From: Eledone cirrhosa
Lineage: Eukaryota
Assembly: GCA_964016885.1 (NCBI GenBank)
Contig: OZ024744.1
Coordinates: forward strand, 83,204,001-83,268,000
DNA: 64,000 bases
Direction of reading: 5' to 3'
The notes beneath the pieces were generated by a model, which was not told the origin of the DNA, searched no databases, and saw only the letters and a list, made by a program, of their open reading frames with translations. A program made the translations under genes and the position numbers. Numbering within the stretch: the first letter of the stretch is position 1; the number at the start of each line of letters is the position of its first letter. Positions 11,545 to 26,179 of this stretch are shown here, one piece after another.

Positions 11545-11870
11545 TATATATATATATATATATATAAGTGTGTAGAAAATGAATTATACTCAAGCACAGA
11601 AAATAACTGTATGCGCAGTCGATTGCTATACATATCTTATAAAATAAACTAAAGACACTTAGAAACGGAGAAAGTGGTAGTGGCCGATATGAACAATTGA
11701 ACCTCGTATCTCTCAAATACCAGCTGAGTGCTCTATCCATCGAGCTGAGGTACCTCTGACAACCTTTTACCGTCAGAATATTTACAGCTTAAAAATATAA
11801 ACAAACATCGTATGCGAAGCTCGAGCTTTCGAACTTATGCGATCCTAAGAGAATATGATGTTTATAGAAG
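11545..11870 (-). mobile_element. tRNA-headed repeat unit, minus copy
   Basis: Minus strand CAGCTCGATGGATAGAGCACTCAGCTGGTATTTGAGAG...GGTTCAATT...CGGCCACTACCA; homologous to 12053-12250. Confidence 0.6.
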
Positions 11871-11889
11871 CTTGTAAAAATCTCAGATC

Positions 11890-12305
11890 TTTATATTACT
11901 TTATAAACTATTTATAACAACCGACTATACTTACGAATATTTTCTGCACCCGATCATACAATATTTTCTATAAATTTTATATATTCTTGGCGCTTATATG
12001 TTCAATGTTTCGAGCTTCAGATACGATTATTTAGACGATAAGATGTTATCATGGGTCCTTTCGCTCAATGGCTAGAGTACTCAGCCGGTATCTGAGAGAT
12101 GTGAGTTTTGACCCCTTGTGGCGGCCACTACCAGATGTTTTCTCCGTCTCTAAGGGTATTTGTCCTATTTTACTAGCTATGTTTAGCAAACGACTGTTTT
12201 ACAGTTATTTTCTGCGCCCGAAAATATTATATTTTCTATAAAATTTATATCCTCTCAGCACTTCGTAATGCCAAGTTCGAGTTTTGCACACGGTATATAT
12301 AAACA
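11890..12305 (+). mobile_element. tRNA-headed repeat, about 1.5 tandem units
   Basis: tRNA-like head at 12053-12133 (TCGCTCAATGGCTAGAG...GAGTTTTGACCC); 11915-12030 resembles 12185-12300. Confidence 0.55.
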
Positions 12306-12357
12306 ATCAATCGTTTACGAAGTCCCAGGCGAACTTGAGATTTGAAAGTGATTAAGC

Positions 12358-12587
12358 CAGTCATGGGCAACCTGAATCTTTCTGAATTGCTCGCCTAAGT
12401 CACCCAAGTGAAATATTTCTGATTTTTTACCCAAACTTTTCAGTCTTAATTTATCTTTCTATCATTTTTACGATCGTTTTGAAGAAACAAATCAAAATAA
12501 TATGAGTTACCGCCCTATTTTTAAATGTGGCCGCTTGCGGTCCATATCTCATGCGGCCCGATTCTCGAAACAGGTTGCTCGTGCCTG
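12358..12587. mobile_element. hAT-type MITE
   Basis: TIRs CAGTCATGGGCAACCTG and CAGGTTGCTCGTGCCTG; 8-bp TSD GATTAAGC/GATTAAAC. Confidence 0.8.
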
Positions 12588-12779
12588 GATTAAACTAATC
12601 GTAAAGTTGGCTGAACGAAGGTGTAACTGAAATAGTTGGATTAGTAAAAATGAATAACGTTCGAAACGAATATTGATGATTCCTACTTGATAGATACAGA
12701 TTATAAGCATATGAATAAATATCAAAGGGTATTTGGCCTAATAGCGTTCTATTTCTGCGTTCTATTTCTGCGCCGGGGG

Positions 12780-12818
<39 letters not shown>

Positions 12819-12823
<5 letters not shown>

Positions 12824-13459
12824 CAGCTGAGAGCCCAATTTGCACACCGAGCATTATAATAAATGTTCGGTGAATCCATACGTGCATATATATATGTGTG
12901 CATGTATGTATATATATATATACATACTACTGTACGTCTGTATACATATATATGTATGTACGTATAGATACTTATATTTAAGTAACAGCCGTACTAAGAG
13001 TGGGAAATGAAATTTCGTTTCATTTGTTCCGTTTATCGTTTTCGGTGCACCCGGCCGATTAACCCACTCGAAATGCAAATTGGGCTACTCAGCCGTTAAT
13101 ATGCATAAGGAAAGTATATACTTTCGGACGTTCAACAATCTGGCAGGAAGGTATACGTTGCTGACGATAGCTAACAAACTTGAAACTAGTACAGCGTTCC
13201 TTTGTCAGTGTTGAACAAACGAGCAACGATGGTTGCTGGACACTGCGGCTTTATACGGGATGTTTGTTTACAAACACACCGAGCATTATAATAAATGTTT
13301 GGTGAATCCATACGTACATATATATATGTGTGCATGTATGTATATATATATACATACTACTGTACGTCTGTATACATATATGTATGTACGTTTTACATAC
13401 TTATATTTAAGTAACAGCCGTACTAAGAGTGGGAAATGAAATTTCGTTTCATTTATTCC

Positions 13460-13465
<6 letters not shown>
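12819..13465 (+). mobile_element. Terminally redundant HHR-bearing non-coding element (retrozyme/pLTR-like), family B
   Basis: Direct repeat 12843-13036 / 13275-13465; inverted arm 12819-12844 vs 13074-13100; HHR at 13156; TA flanks. Confidence 0.75.
13156..13196 (+). ncRNA. Minimal type I hammerhead ribozyme
   Basis: CGTTG-CTGACGA-TAG...CTT-GAAAC-TA-GTA-CAGCG; stem I CGTTG/CAGCG; palindromic CTAG in place of helix III. Confidence 0.75.
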
Positions 13466-13513
<48 letters not shown>

Positions 13514-13517
<4 letters not shown>

Positions 13518-13758
13518 TAAGCAAGGTTCAGAATTAACTATAGGGATGATCACATTAGAGTACCTTAATAAAAAGGAAACCATATGCGTATTTTCCCATA
13601 TGGTTTCCTTTATTTTAAAGTACTCTTGTGATTTCCCTATGGTTAATTCGGAGCCTTGTTTAAGATAGATGTATATTTGTATTTATAAGCTTCTCTGAAT
13701 TATGTTCTGAGCGATATTATTCATTGAGATGTAATATATTTGTCTGACTAATTTTCTG

Positions 13759-13760
<2 letters not shown>
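13514..13760 (+). mobile_element. Fold-back element, family C
   Basis: Imperfect hairpin 13514-13666 (ATCTTAAGCAAGG...CCTTGTTTAAGAT) plus ~95-nt unpaired tail, inside (TA)n. Confidence 0.7.
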
Positions 13761-13786
<26 letters not shown>

Positions 13787-13789
<3 letters not shown>

Positions 13790-13970
13790 TGTTTCTACTT
13801 TTTTGCACAATTACCCAGTACATTACTGGTACTTTATTTTATCGACCCAGTAAGGATGAAAGGCACAGTTGAACTCAGCGGGATTTGAACTCAGTATAGA
13901 AAAGGCCGTAACTATATGCGTCAAGGTATGGCGTCCGACCCTCTACCGATACTGCCAATCCACCGCCCTT
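13787..13970 (-). mobile_element. SINE family S1
   Basis: Reverse complement of the S1 sequence. Confidence 0.85.
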
Positions 13971-13981
13971 ATATATATATA

Positions 13982-14209
13982 ATGGCGGACCGTTTTGCCG
14001 GACATTTGAGGCACAAACGACTCGGTTTGAATACTCCTGTCGCCCGTCATTTCTGTTCTATTTGTCATTCTTTCCTACATGTTTCAGTCCTGGGTGTCCT
14101 TTTACATCATGGATCACAGGCCTCGCGCACCAGGACTGAACAAATTCTGATTCACCGCCTTGGGTCCTATTCCCCTCTTGGACTCAACTCACCTTCCCAA
14201 TTTCTCTAA
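13982..14209 (+). pseudogene. Penelope-like element GIY-YIG endonuclease C-terminal fragment
   Basis: ADRFAGHL...PVARHF...EQILIHRLGSYSPLGLN matches the PLE endonuclease end; 5' truncated at a TA tract. Confidence 0.75.
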
Positions 14210-14748
14210 TACTCCGTCCATTATCACACCCCTAGATTCCTATCGCTTTCTCTTGATCATTAGCAGCTTCTCTTACAACTAATACATGCCGACTATATAC
14301 GCTCACTCCACTTTTCCCTTCACTGTTCTGTATACACACATACACACAATTATATTAACATACTTTTGCTCATAGCTTCGTACTTACATGCACACACACA
14401 CTCTTTTACTCACATATACACACACATTTCTACTTAGCTTCGTACGGACGTATAATAACACACACAAACACTTGATTACGCACGTGCTCAAGTATAGCAC
14501 TTTTTACAAAACGTTTTTTTTTTCCATTTCAGGTAGACTCGCTCCATCATCCACTTTTCTAAAAAATAAATCATACACAAAACGCCAGCACCGACAGTTT
14601 TGCAAGAGATGTCAACATGAATGGACCTGTTATTTCTATCTAAAGACATTTTTTCCAATTCCATCCCACCCATCCTCTCAATCTATCTTATTTCTCATTC
14701 TAATATATCCCTTCCATATACTGTAACTATCATGTTATTTCTGTTACC

Positions 14749-14838
<90 letters not shown>

Positions 14839-14851
14839 ACATACACACATA

Positions 14852-14886
<35 letters not shown>

Positions 14887-14909
14887 CACACACACACACC
14901 TATATATAA

Positions 14910-14978
<69 letters not shown>

Positions 14979-15027
14979 AATATATATATATTAGGATTGG
15001 CACTCTGAAATAGCGATGTATACATGA

Positions 15028-15065
<38 letters not shown>

Positions 15066-15079
15066 GTGTGTGTGTGTGT

Positions 15080-15121
<42 letters not shown>

Positions 15122-16289
15122 GTGTGTGCGTGTGTACGGGGGCGGGGTGTAGTCAGTTTATTAAAACTGGGTCTTCGAGACCGTTTCTCTTGCTCTCTTT
15201 GACAGGTTATGATAGTCTAAAAAAAGCAATTTAATTTTCACAAAAACATTTCAAAAGTCCATTTAATTTGGTGACTGTTCTAAATAAGGCAATAATTTGG
15301 TTCATCTTGACGGTTACGAAATAGATGGATATGTGCCAAATATCAATGAAAACAAATAAAAATGATTCTATTTTTATTTTTTATAAGAAATATATTATCC
15401 ATTCTGTTTTCAAATTTTTGAAATGAACAAGGACTTGTGGCAGGAAAATGAAGCTAAATCACCTTCACGATTGAAAGTGTTTCATTGTGGAACGCAGCTG
15501 ACCTTTTTTTTTCTTAGATACACGAAATAAAAAAAAATATATTCCCTTGTTTCTCCTAGTCACTTGCACAAACAATTATTTCCTAGCTTATATAAACATT
15601 TATATTTCTGTATGTCAAAAACGTACATATAGTTAGAGAAAGCGGTGTCCATTTCTTTTGTCTGAAGTATTAAATGGACATTTTTGATGGTCACATCTCA
15701 GTTTTAAAGGGTTTTCTATTAAAGCTGTATAGTTTTTGACACTCGAGTGACTGTTGACACTTTTGCATAATATGCGATAGAACTAATTAAAAAATTACCA
15801 ATTAAAGGACATGATATTGTTATAATGCAATTATATTTCTTAGTGCTGTTAGCAATTGTCGAGGTCACAAGTGGCTTTGAGTTGATGTTAATTATTCAAC
15901 CATCAAAGATTGTGTAGATTTAACCGCGAACACTTTCAAAGTGAGATGTGGCTAACATAAATATCCCTTTAATACCTAAAGCAGAAAATAAGACACAAAT
16001 TTGAAAGCAGTAAATTTAAATTTTCATGTAAAATTGTTGAAACGCATAGTGTAGTAATTCGGAATATATTTATCTTTGATGGGCTTTGAATATTCGACAT
16101 GATGAAACTTCATTAAATAAAGTGTTTAAATTGCGTTTATAAGACAAATTTCAAGTTACCCCAAATCACTAGGTATTAAATTATAAATTAAATATATTTC
16201 TCTCTCTCCCCCCAAAGAGCGTCGCCTGTTTATCACGGGGCCATCAGACAACTGTAATATATATATATATATATATATAAAGGGTAAAG

Positions 16290-16529
16290 ACATCGTTCGG
16301 TACAAAATGACTATGGGATTTGTACCCAGAAAGTTCCCCAGTCAATCCTCTCCTGCCATCGATGTTGTCCGAGTGAAAGGCAATGACCGAAACAGCTTTG
16401 CACCAGTGACATCGCAACTTAATTCTACAGCTGAGTAAACTGGAAATAGTGTCTTTCTCAAGAAGACAAAGCATCATCTAGTCCGAGAATCGAACTCAAC
16501 TCACAACCTCTATTAAGACATGCGCCTTC
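16290..16529 (-). mobile_element. tRNA-derived SINE family S2 (CORE-like)
   Basis: Minus strand GAAGGCGCATG...GAGTTCGATTC...TTGAGAAAGACACT; homologous to 53172-53291. Confidence 0.65.
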
Positions 16530-16537
16530 ATATATAA

Positions 16538-17232
<695 letters not shown>

Positions 17233-17358
17233 TCTATCTATATATATATATACACACATATAATGGTGCAGATAACAAGGGTGTTTATTCATGGAGGTTA
17301 CGTTGTAATACCGCAAGGATAAACCAGTTTAAGCAATCCCAAACACTTCAAGTTAGTA

Positions 17359-17389
<31 letters not shown>

Positions 17390-17477
17390 TGTATGTATGT
17401 ATGTATGTATGTATGTATGTATGTATGTATGTATGTATGTGTGTACGTATGTATGTATGTTTTACGTATGTATGTAT

Positions 17478-17700
17478 CGGAAGCATCTGATGAAGTTGAC
17501 CAGTTCTTCTTTTCGGGTAGTGTTTTCGATGCCTAGAGAGTGGGATTGGTCATTCCCTGCCTTGAAAAGTCTTCAAAGCACAAGCATTGCTTGTTCAGGA
17601 TATGTTACAGGTTTGTGACTGGTGGTAGCCTAAAAGTGTACCATTTTCTGTATTCTAACAAGCGATTGCAATACACTTAACAGAGTTTACAGCCATCATG
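17478..17700 (+). mobile_element. Non-autonomous RTE-like element remnant
   Basis: Similar to 31190-31250 (GTTGAC..GTTCTTCTTTT.GG...AGAGAGTGGGA.TGG); bounded by (TATG)n. Confidence 0.45.
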
Positions 17701-17922
17701 TATGTATGTATGGATGTATACTCGCATATACGAGTACACACACATACAAACAGCATGCGTTTCAGCAATTTTATACGAGAATTCAAATATCCTGTTCTCA
17801 TTATTCAGCCGTAAATCTAAGATATGTCATCTATTATTCTTGGAACTCCATGAGTATTCATTACCTTAGGAAGAATGTACATTAATATCGAAATGGATAT
17901 CAGTCAAAACAATGTATGCACA

Positions 17923-17989
<67 letters not shown>

Positions 17990-18174
17990 TAAACAATGGC
18001 TTTTAATCTCTTACTGTATTATTTTTATTATCGTGATGCTGATGAACAATATTATTTTACAAACACATATTTTCTGCAATATACAATTTCGTTGTTTGAA
18101 AAAAAAAAACACCCTCAATTTCTGAGTGTAACCATAGAAAGAAAGCACATATGGCCAAAGAATATATGATTAGG

Positions 18175-18462
18175 ATACCAGTTGCACAAGTGATTGCAGT
18201 TATTAGAAAGACAAAAACGAAAATCTGGATGTAAAAGGAAGGATCACACCGTATAAAATTGAACGTCTAACGCACCATATCATAATTCTGACTATCTTGG
18301 ATTGGTTATACACTCAACATACTTAGCCAAGTACATTCAGTCCAGTAAGATGCTTTCCTGATCATCATATTTGATGGAAAGGAAGTTGGTGAAATTCTTG
18401 CCATCTGCAGCCTGCAATACAAGAGAGATATCACTGAAGCAACATTAGTCGGGAAAATGCTC
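18175..18462 (+). mobile_element. Old degenerate repeat, probable LINE fragment
   Basis: Homologous to 25150-25428 (CAACATACTTAGCCA; AAATTCTTGCCATC...CCTGCAATACAAGAGAGA). Confidence 0.45.
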
Positions 18463-18600
18463 ACAAGTTAAATCATATCATAATCGAGGATTTATACAAC
18501 CTAAATATTAATGACGTAATTACAAACATGTCTCGTTAGTTTGGAGTTGTTTAGTTATGAATATATGGATATATGAATGAAACGTATGCATAAACAATAA

Positions 18601-18760
18601 ATATTTCTACTTTTGGCACAAAGCCGGCAATTATCCCAGTACGTTAGTGGTACTTTATTTTATAGAACCCTGTAATGATGAAAGGCTAAGTTAACCTCGG
18701 CGGGATTTGAACTCAGGTCGTAAAGGGACGTAAGTCTATGCTGTAAGCATGGTGTCTGAA
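18601..18760 (-). mobile_element. SINE family S1
   Basis: S1 core, reverse strand. Confidence 0.8.
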
Positions 18761-18900
18761 ATCATATCAAAATGACGATTATACAGTAACCTAAATATGA
18801 AAGACATAATTACAAACATGTCTGCAAACATATCTCGTGAGTTAGGAGTTGTTTAGTTATGACTATATGGGTATATAAATCAAACGTATGATACAAAATA

Positions 18901-19119
18901 ATTGTTTCTACTTTAAGCACATGGCCACGAATTTGAAGGGAAGGGAAAGTCGAGTGAATCGGACTCAGTGCATTACTGGTACTTTATTTTATCGACCCCG
19001 TAAGGATGAAAGGCAAAGTTAACCTCGGCGGGATTTGAACTCACGCCGTAAAGGGACGTAACCCTATACTGTAAAGCATGGCGTCCGATCCTCTACCGAT
19101 TCTGCTAATCCGCCGCCCT
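18901..19119 (-). mobile_element. SINE family S1, long variant
   Basis: S1 core plus an extra segment as in 49778-50003. Confidence 0.85.
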
Positions 19120-19491
19120 GTATGCATACAAAACAATGAACAAATTAACATATATACAACATATATACATTTATGGTATCAAGAAAGAAAACACAAAATC
19201 CAAAATTTCGGTGTAAATAAACTCTTAACTGATGAGGTTAAACGTTTAATCAGAAAATTACGATTCAGTCAAACAGCCGGGCCATACTTTGAGTTAATAG
19301 ATTATAATGACCTAATATTTATTTCCTGAAAAATATGTTACATATTTTATCGATCTCTATATTGTCGAAACGTCATGTCACGGGACATGAACACAGACAC
19401 AAAAACAGGTACATACACACAAGGACACACATACGGACACAAATATGGACAGCACTGCATGTACGCACATGCACTTAAACACACAGACACA

Positions 19492-19550
<59 letters not shown>

Positions 19551-19672
19551 AGAAGACATCTGTAGTCTCCCTCCACCAAATTCCTCTAAAATAGAATTGG
19601 TAAAACTCAGGCTAAATATAAATATATTTATATATATAAATATATATCTATATTATATGTATACATATATTC

Positions 19673-19778
<106 letters not shown>

Positions 19779-19820
19779 ATTTATATAAGAATACCTTCAT
19801 ATATGCGTACATACACATAT

Positions 19821-20013
19821 AATTGTTTCTACTTTAGGCACAAGGCCAACAATCATCCCAGTGTATTACTGGTACTTTATTTTATCGACCCCGTAAAGAT
19901 GAAAGGCAAAGTTAACCTCGGCGGGATTTGAACTCAGACCATAAAGGGCCGTAACTCTATGCTGCAAAGCATGGTGCCCGACTCTCTACGGATAGTGCCA
20001 ATCCACCGCCCTT
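19821..20013 (-). mobile_element. SINE family S1
   Basis: S1 sequence, reverse strand. Confidence 0.85.
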
Positions 20014-20111
20014 TGCGTACATACACATATCATGTTAATATATAGTTCTACATATATACGTATAAATATACATACATGCATACATAAATTTACATACATG
20101 CATACATACAT

Positions 20112-20434
<323 letters not shown>

Positions 20435-20440
20435 AAATAT

Positions 20441-20856
<416 letters not shown>

Positions 20857-21493
20857 TTTAGTACAGCATTAACGAAGCTTTAGGCTGCGGCTAAGCTAAC
20901 GAATGCAAATTCGGAATGTATATATATAAATATATATGAATGTGTTTTTATATCCACATTTGAACGTCGTTTACTTTGAAAATTTACATCCTTCAACGTG
21001 GCGAACATGAAACAATATTCACTGTGACAAATGCGAGAGAAGCTAGGGCAGACAACAGCCAATAGAAGGACAGCATTCAAACCAAACTGTGTAGTGAATA
21101 CGACAAACGACCAGTATGGGTGCTGCTGATTCAGAGAAGACACTTCCTCCACTAGACACAGGCTGGCTAGGCTGTATGCAATTTAATTAAAGGATGAATA
21201 TTATAATTCTATTCCTAGGCTCGGACCACTGCGCATGTGCAGATGCGAGTGCTTTCAAGGAAGGCTCGATATGTGTGTGTTACGTATGTGTGTTTTATGT
21301 ATGTGTGTGAGAGATGTGTCTCAATGAGATGCTTTTACGTGGACACACACACACACACATATATGTGTGTTTATGGCGGCATAAACATACACATGAATAT
21401 ATATATATATATATATTTATATATAATTATAAATATAATATATATATATACTTTCAATAAATGTAATCTGGGGAAGTAAAATTCTTTTTCAAT

Positions 21494-21499
21494 ATACGT

Positions 21500-21575
<76 letters not shown>

Positions 21576-21577
21576 GT

Positions 21578-21637
<60 letters not shown>

Positions 21638-21757
21638 GTCAATATATATATATATATATATATACGTCAATATATATATATATATATATATATACGTCAA
21701 TATATATATATATATATATATATATACGTCAATATATATATATATATATATATACGT

Positions 21758-21760
<3 letters not shown>
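21494..21760. repeat. Compound microsatellite [CGTCAA(TA)n] x7
   Basis: Seven CGTCAA interruptions in (TA)n. Confidence 0.9.
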
Positions 21761-21832
<72 letters not shown>

Positions 21833-22063
21833 TATATATAATATATAATATCTTTTGGTGCGTATCTGAAATTTGAGATATAATTGTCAGAGTGCACGTG
21901 AGAATGTGCCATAGACTTAATTTCTGTTTTCGGGAAACTGCGAATTATGAGTTTGACGAGTAAACACAGCATATATGTATATATACATACACACATGTAT
22001 ATATAAATATGTATGTATGAATATATATATGTATATATATATATATATGTATATATATACATG

Positions 22064-22098
<35 letters not shown>

Positions 22099-22115
22099 GT
22101 ATATATATGTATATA

Positions 22116-22179
<64 letters not shown>

Positions 22180-22334
22180 TAGTTATATTTAGATATAGAA
22201 TTATAAATAAGATAAGGGTAATATAGTATAGCCTCTGAAAAATGTACGTAGACATCTTGTTGAGTCAACTGCACCCATACGCTAAAATATTCCTTGGTAC
22301 AGATTACTCGACACCTAGGCCACCTCAGCCTAGG

Positions 22335-22365
<31 letters not shown>

Positions 22366-22614
22366 AACAAAGCAAACGAGATATCATTTTAAGTTACCTA
22401 AGCTCAGCTAATCTCCAGAGAGGAATATTTCATATATATATATATGAGTAGTTTCATATATATATATATTTATATATATATATAAACATCTGAGTAGTTT
22501 CCGATTCCAGAGTCACGTTCAATCATTAATAGATCGTTCCTTGAACTGATAGGCATTGAAACATATGTAATATTTAATTAAATATGTATATGGTGCAACA
22601 GTGATACTTTGTTC

Positions 22615-22679
<65 letters not shown>

Positions 22680-22867
22680 ATATATATATATGTATATATA
22701 TATATTTATATATATGTATATATATATATTTATATATTATATGTATATATATATATATAATATGTATATATACGTAATATGTATATATATATAATATGTA
22801 TATATATATAATATGTATATATATATATAATAAATATATATATATATTAAATATATATATATATATA

Positions 22868-22905
<38 letters not shown>

Positions 22906-22979
22906 TATATATATATTATATATATATACATATATATATCATATATATATATATATAATTTATATATAATATATATATG

Positions 22980-23096
<117 letters not shown>

Positions 23097-23128
23097 TATA
23101 TATATATATATCACATATATATTATATA

Positions 23129-23197
<69 letters not shown>

Positions 23198-23281
23198 TAA
23201 ATAAAAGTCGAATGATTAAAATTTAGCTTCGTTTATTACTGCTATATATATTTCAGTGACAGCCATCTTTGGCTGTGAAAA

Positions 23282-23330
<49 letters not shown>

Positions 23331-23333
<3 letters not shown>

Positions 23334-23402
23334 CATGTATACGTACTAAGAGTGAGAAATGAAACGAAATTTCATTTCTCACTCTTAGTACGTATACATG
23401 CT

Positions 23403-23403
<1 letters not shown>
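23331..23403. mobile_element. Perfect hairpin related to the family B 3' end
   Basis: AAGCATGTATACGTACTAAGAGTGAGAAATGAAA and its reverse complement; shares CGTACTAAGAGTG.GAAATGAAA with 12990 and 13419. Confidence 0.75.
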
Positions 23404-23456
<53 letters not shown>

Positions 23457-23725
23457 CATACATATATATATATGTATATGTATATATATGTGTGTATATG
23501 CCATATATGAATAAACATATATATATGTGTGTGTGTGTGTGTGTGTTTGTGTGTGCAAACTCAAACACCTAAAAAAATTCGACATGTATTGTTAGGTAAA
23601 GAAAAATAAGAAAATATAAGGTATAAATTTCATGACATATGGTGATATAATTAAATAGCTCGACTGTTTTTCAGTGAGTCTTTTGCAAATTGTATAAATT
23701 TGTCTATCTATATGTATACGTACAT

Positions 23726-23770
<45 letters not shown>

Positions 23771-23773
<3 letters not shown>

Positions 23774-24190
23774 CGGTTAAAATTCCTGAGATTATGGACG
23801 AGTTCTCTCCAACGGTCTCTGTCCATCATTATCGCTGTCATGTCCTGCGTCTCCAACAGATCAGTGTCTGTCCTTAGGGCATCAACATACGTTAACCTTG
23901 GTCTTCCTCTTCCAGTGTGTGCATATAGGGGCTCCCACAGGAGCACTGAATGCAATGTCAACTCTGGATGTCGGTGAGCATGTCCGGCTAATCTCAGTCT
24001 CCTCTGTGTCACTTTTGAGCTGACCTTTGGGAGGCTCCCAAACAGCTCTGAGTTTTCATCCTCAGTGTATACTGATTAATGTTCAGAGCCATCCTCTGCA
24101 TTCTCGTGTAGCACCCATCCACCATCTGAGTGTGTTTCTTGGTCAGTGTCCAAGTCTCAGACCCGTACAGCAGCACAGACTCCACTACAG

Positions 24191-24192
<2 letters not shown>
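23771..24192 (-). pseudogene. 3' fragment of an RTE/RTEX-type LINE ORF
   Basis: AVVESVLLYGSETWTLT...RRLRLAGHAHRHPE...RGRPRLTYVDAL...DRDRWR with a frameshift; (TA)n at both ends. Confidence 0.85.
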
Positions 24193-24254
<62 letters not shown>

Positions 24255-24440
24255 GAAAATATAGAAATTAATGTGAGCAAGAAGCCAACAGTATTTCATA
24301 ATATATAAGTAACTATAACGTCAAAATGGAAAATAATTAACGTAAGATATGGGAAAATAATTCAAACTCAATTCAAAAAAATGAAGACAGATTTTATCCA
24401 CAGATTTTGTGAAATCCAGGGAAAAACCCAATAGAGTCTA
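24255..24440 (-). mobile_element. 3' part of the HHR element at 28045-28525
   Basis: Reverse-complement similarity to 28335-28525. Confidence 0.7.
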
Positions 24441-24610
24441 CTTATATATATATATATGTGTGTGTGTATGCTCACGTGCGTCTATATATATATATAATTA
24501 GTTACTACATCTTTTTATATATAACAGTCGTAACCAATTATATTTTATTCGTCCTATGGAGTGAGTGCTCTTACCCATGAATATTTCTACCAAACTTAAA
24601 TATATATATA

Positions 24611-24710
<100 letters not shown>

Positions 24711-24725
24711 TATGTATACATATAT

Positions 24726-24814
<89 letters not shown>

Positions 24815-24843
24815 AATACATATATACACACAATATACAACCA

Positions 24844-24952
<109 letters not shown>

Positions 24953-24968
24953 TATATACACACATATT

Positions 24969-25038
<70 letters not shown>

Positions 25039-25089
25039 TTGGTCCTCTCCAGTTCATTTGCAATTCTATAGTATTATAGAATTATTATA

Positions 25090-26130
25090 AGTACCGGGCG
25101 GCAGGTGATATTAACGATACTATTTACAGTCAATTTGCCCAGGTTCATCGGAGTTGCACAAGCGATGTCAGTTACCCAAGAATCTGAAGGAAATACCGTA
25201 AAGTGACGGAAGAACCAAATCGTATAACAAGAAGTCTAAACACACATTGTCATACTATTGATTACTACGTATTAATGATACACACAACATACTTAGCCAT
25301 GTAAATTAACTCCATTAAGATATTTTGATCTTCGTGGTTGATGGAGGTTATGTTGGTAAAATTCTTGCCATCAGAAACCTGCAATACAAGAGAGACATCA
25401 GTGAAGGCGCAGTAGTCAGTAAAATGCAAATAAAATAAAACAAATCATAACTCAATAGTCCAATATAACAAAGTTCCTCTTGAGTAAGGCAGATTGAAAT
25501 TTTTGTATCCAAATCAGTAGCGGATCCTGAAATTGATATGGACAAGGATGCGTAGTTCCGTGCGCATATCACCAAGATAGACATAATGTGTAGATCGGAT
25601 GGATCATTTAGATAACTTAGAACCAGGGAAGAGGTTTCATATTGGTCCTCTGAAGGACAATTTATGTCAGTCACCAGAACGATAGCTCTCAGCTATAACC
25701 ACCCACAATGAGGAACTAGAGAGGTTGGATGAATTAAAATTCAATTCCCTGTAGCAAAGAGAAGAGAGATTTGCAGTTATATAGATATGGAAAGATTGTG
25801 AAAGAGCTAGTACCAAGTTTGCCATTGAAAGCTGGACCAACACCCGAACCAAATATCCCGGTGTAATGCCAACTTTCCCATATTCTACTTCCAGATTAAG
25901 GACAAGATATTGCAATAACTTGGAGTCCACGGGCCCTAAATTATTTATGTATTTTGTAAAATCCTGGGAGATCTACATGTTTTCATGAAGCATCTCGAAA
26001 ATCTGCTATGAACTAGGCAAGAAACAGAAATAAGTGCAGTGAGGTCACCAATGATCAACCAAGGAAGGGTAGATATAGAAAGTGTTGCAACAATGGTGAT
26101 GCCCAGCAAGACCTTAGCTCGTTTATAGTA
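25090..26130 (+). mobile_element. Old degenerate LINE-like sequence
   Basis: Part is homologous to 18175-18462; no open frame; extent uncertain. Confidence 0.3.
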
Positions 26131-26179
26131 ACACTGAAAAGAATAAAAGCGTAAAGGAGTATGTGAGAATATATATATC

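Noticed and set aside
12053-12133. Functional tRNA gene (also 53172-53245)
   Set aside because: Acceptor stem and T-arm are degenerate and each continues into a repeated body; these are SINE-like heads.
15135-16250. Possible old DNA transposon (also 46630-47500)
   Set aside because: No TIR/TSD pair or recognisable transposase motif found by eye.
19225-19272. Other CTGATGA hits (19229, 11482 minus, 17487, 32215, 44761, 56809)
   Set aside because: I could not build convincing stems I, II and III together; the heptamer alone is expected by chance.
21494-21760. Repeat-spacer pattern resembling CRISPR
   Set aside because: The repeat is only 6 nt, the spacers are pure (TA)n, the context is eukaryotic, and there are no cas genes.
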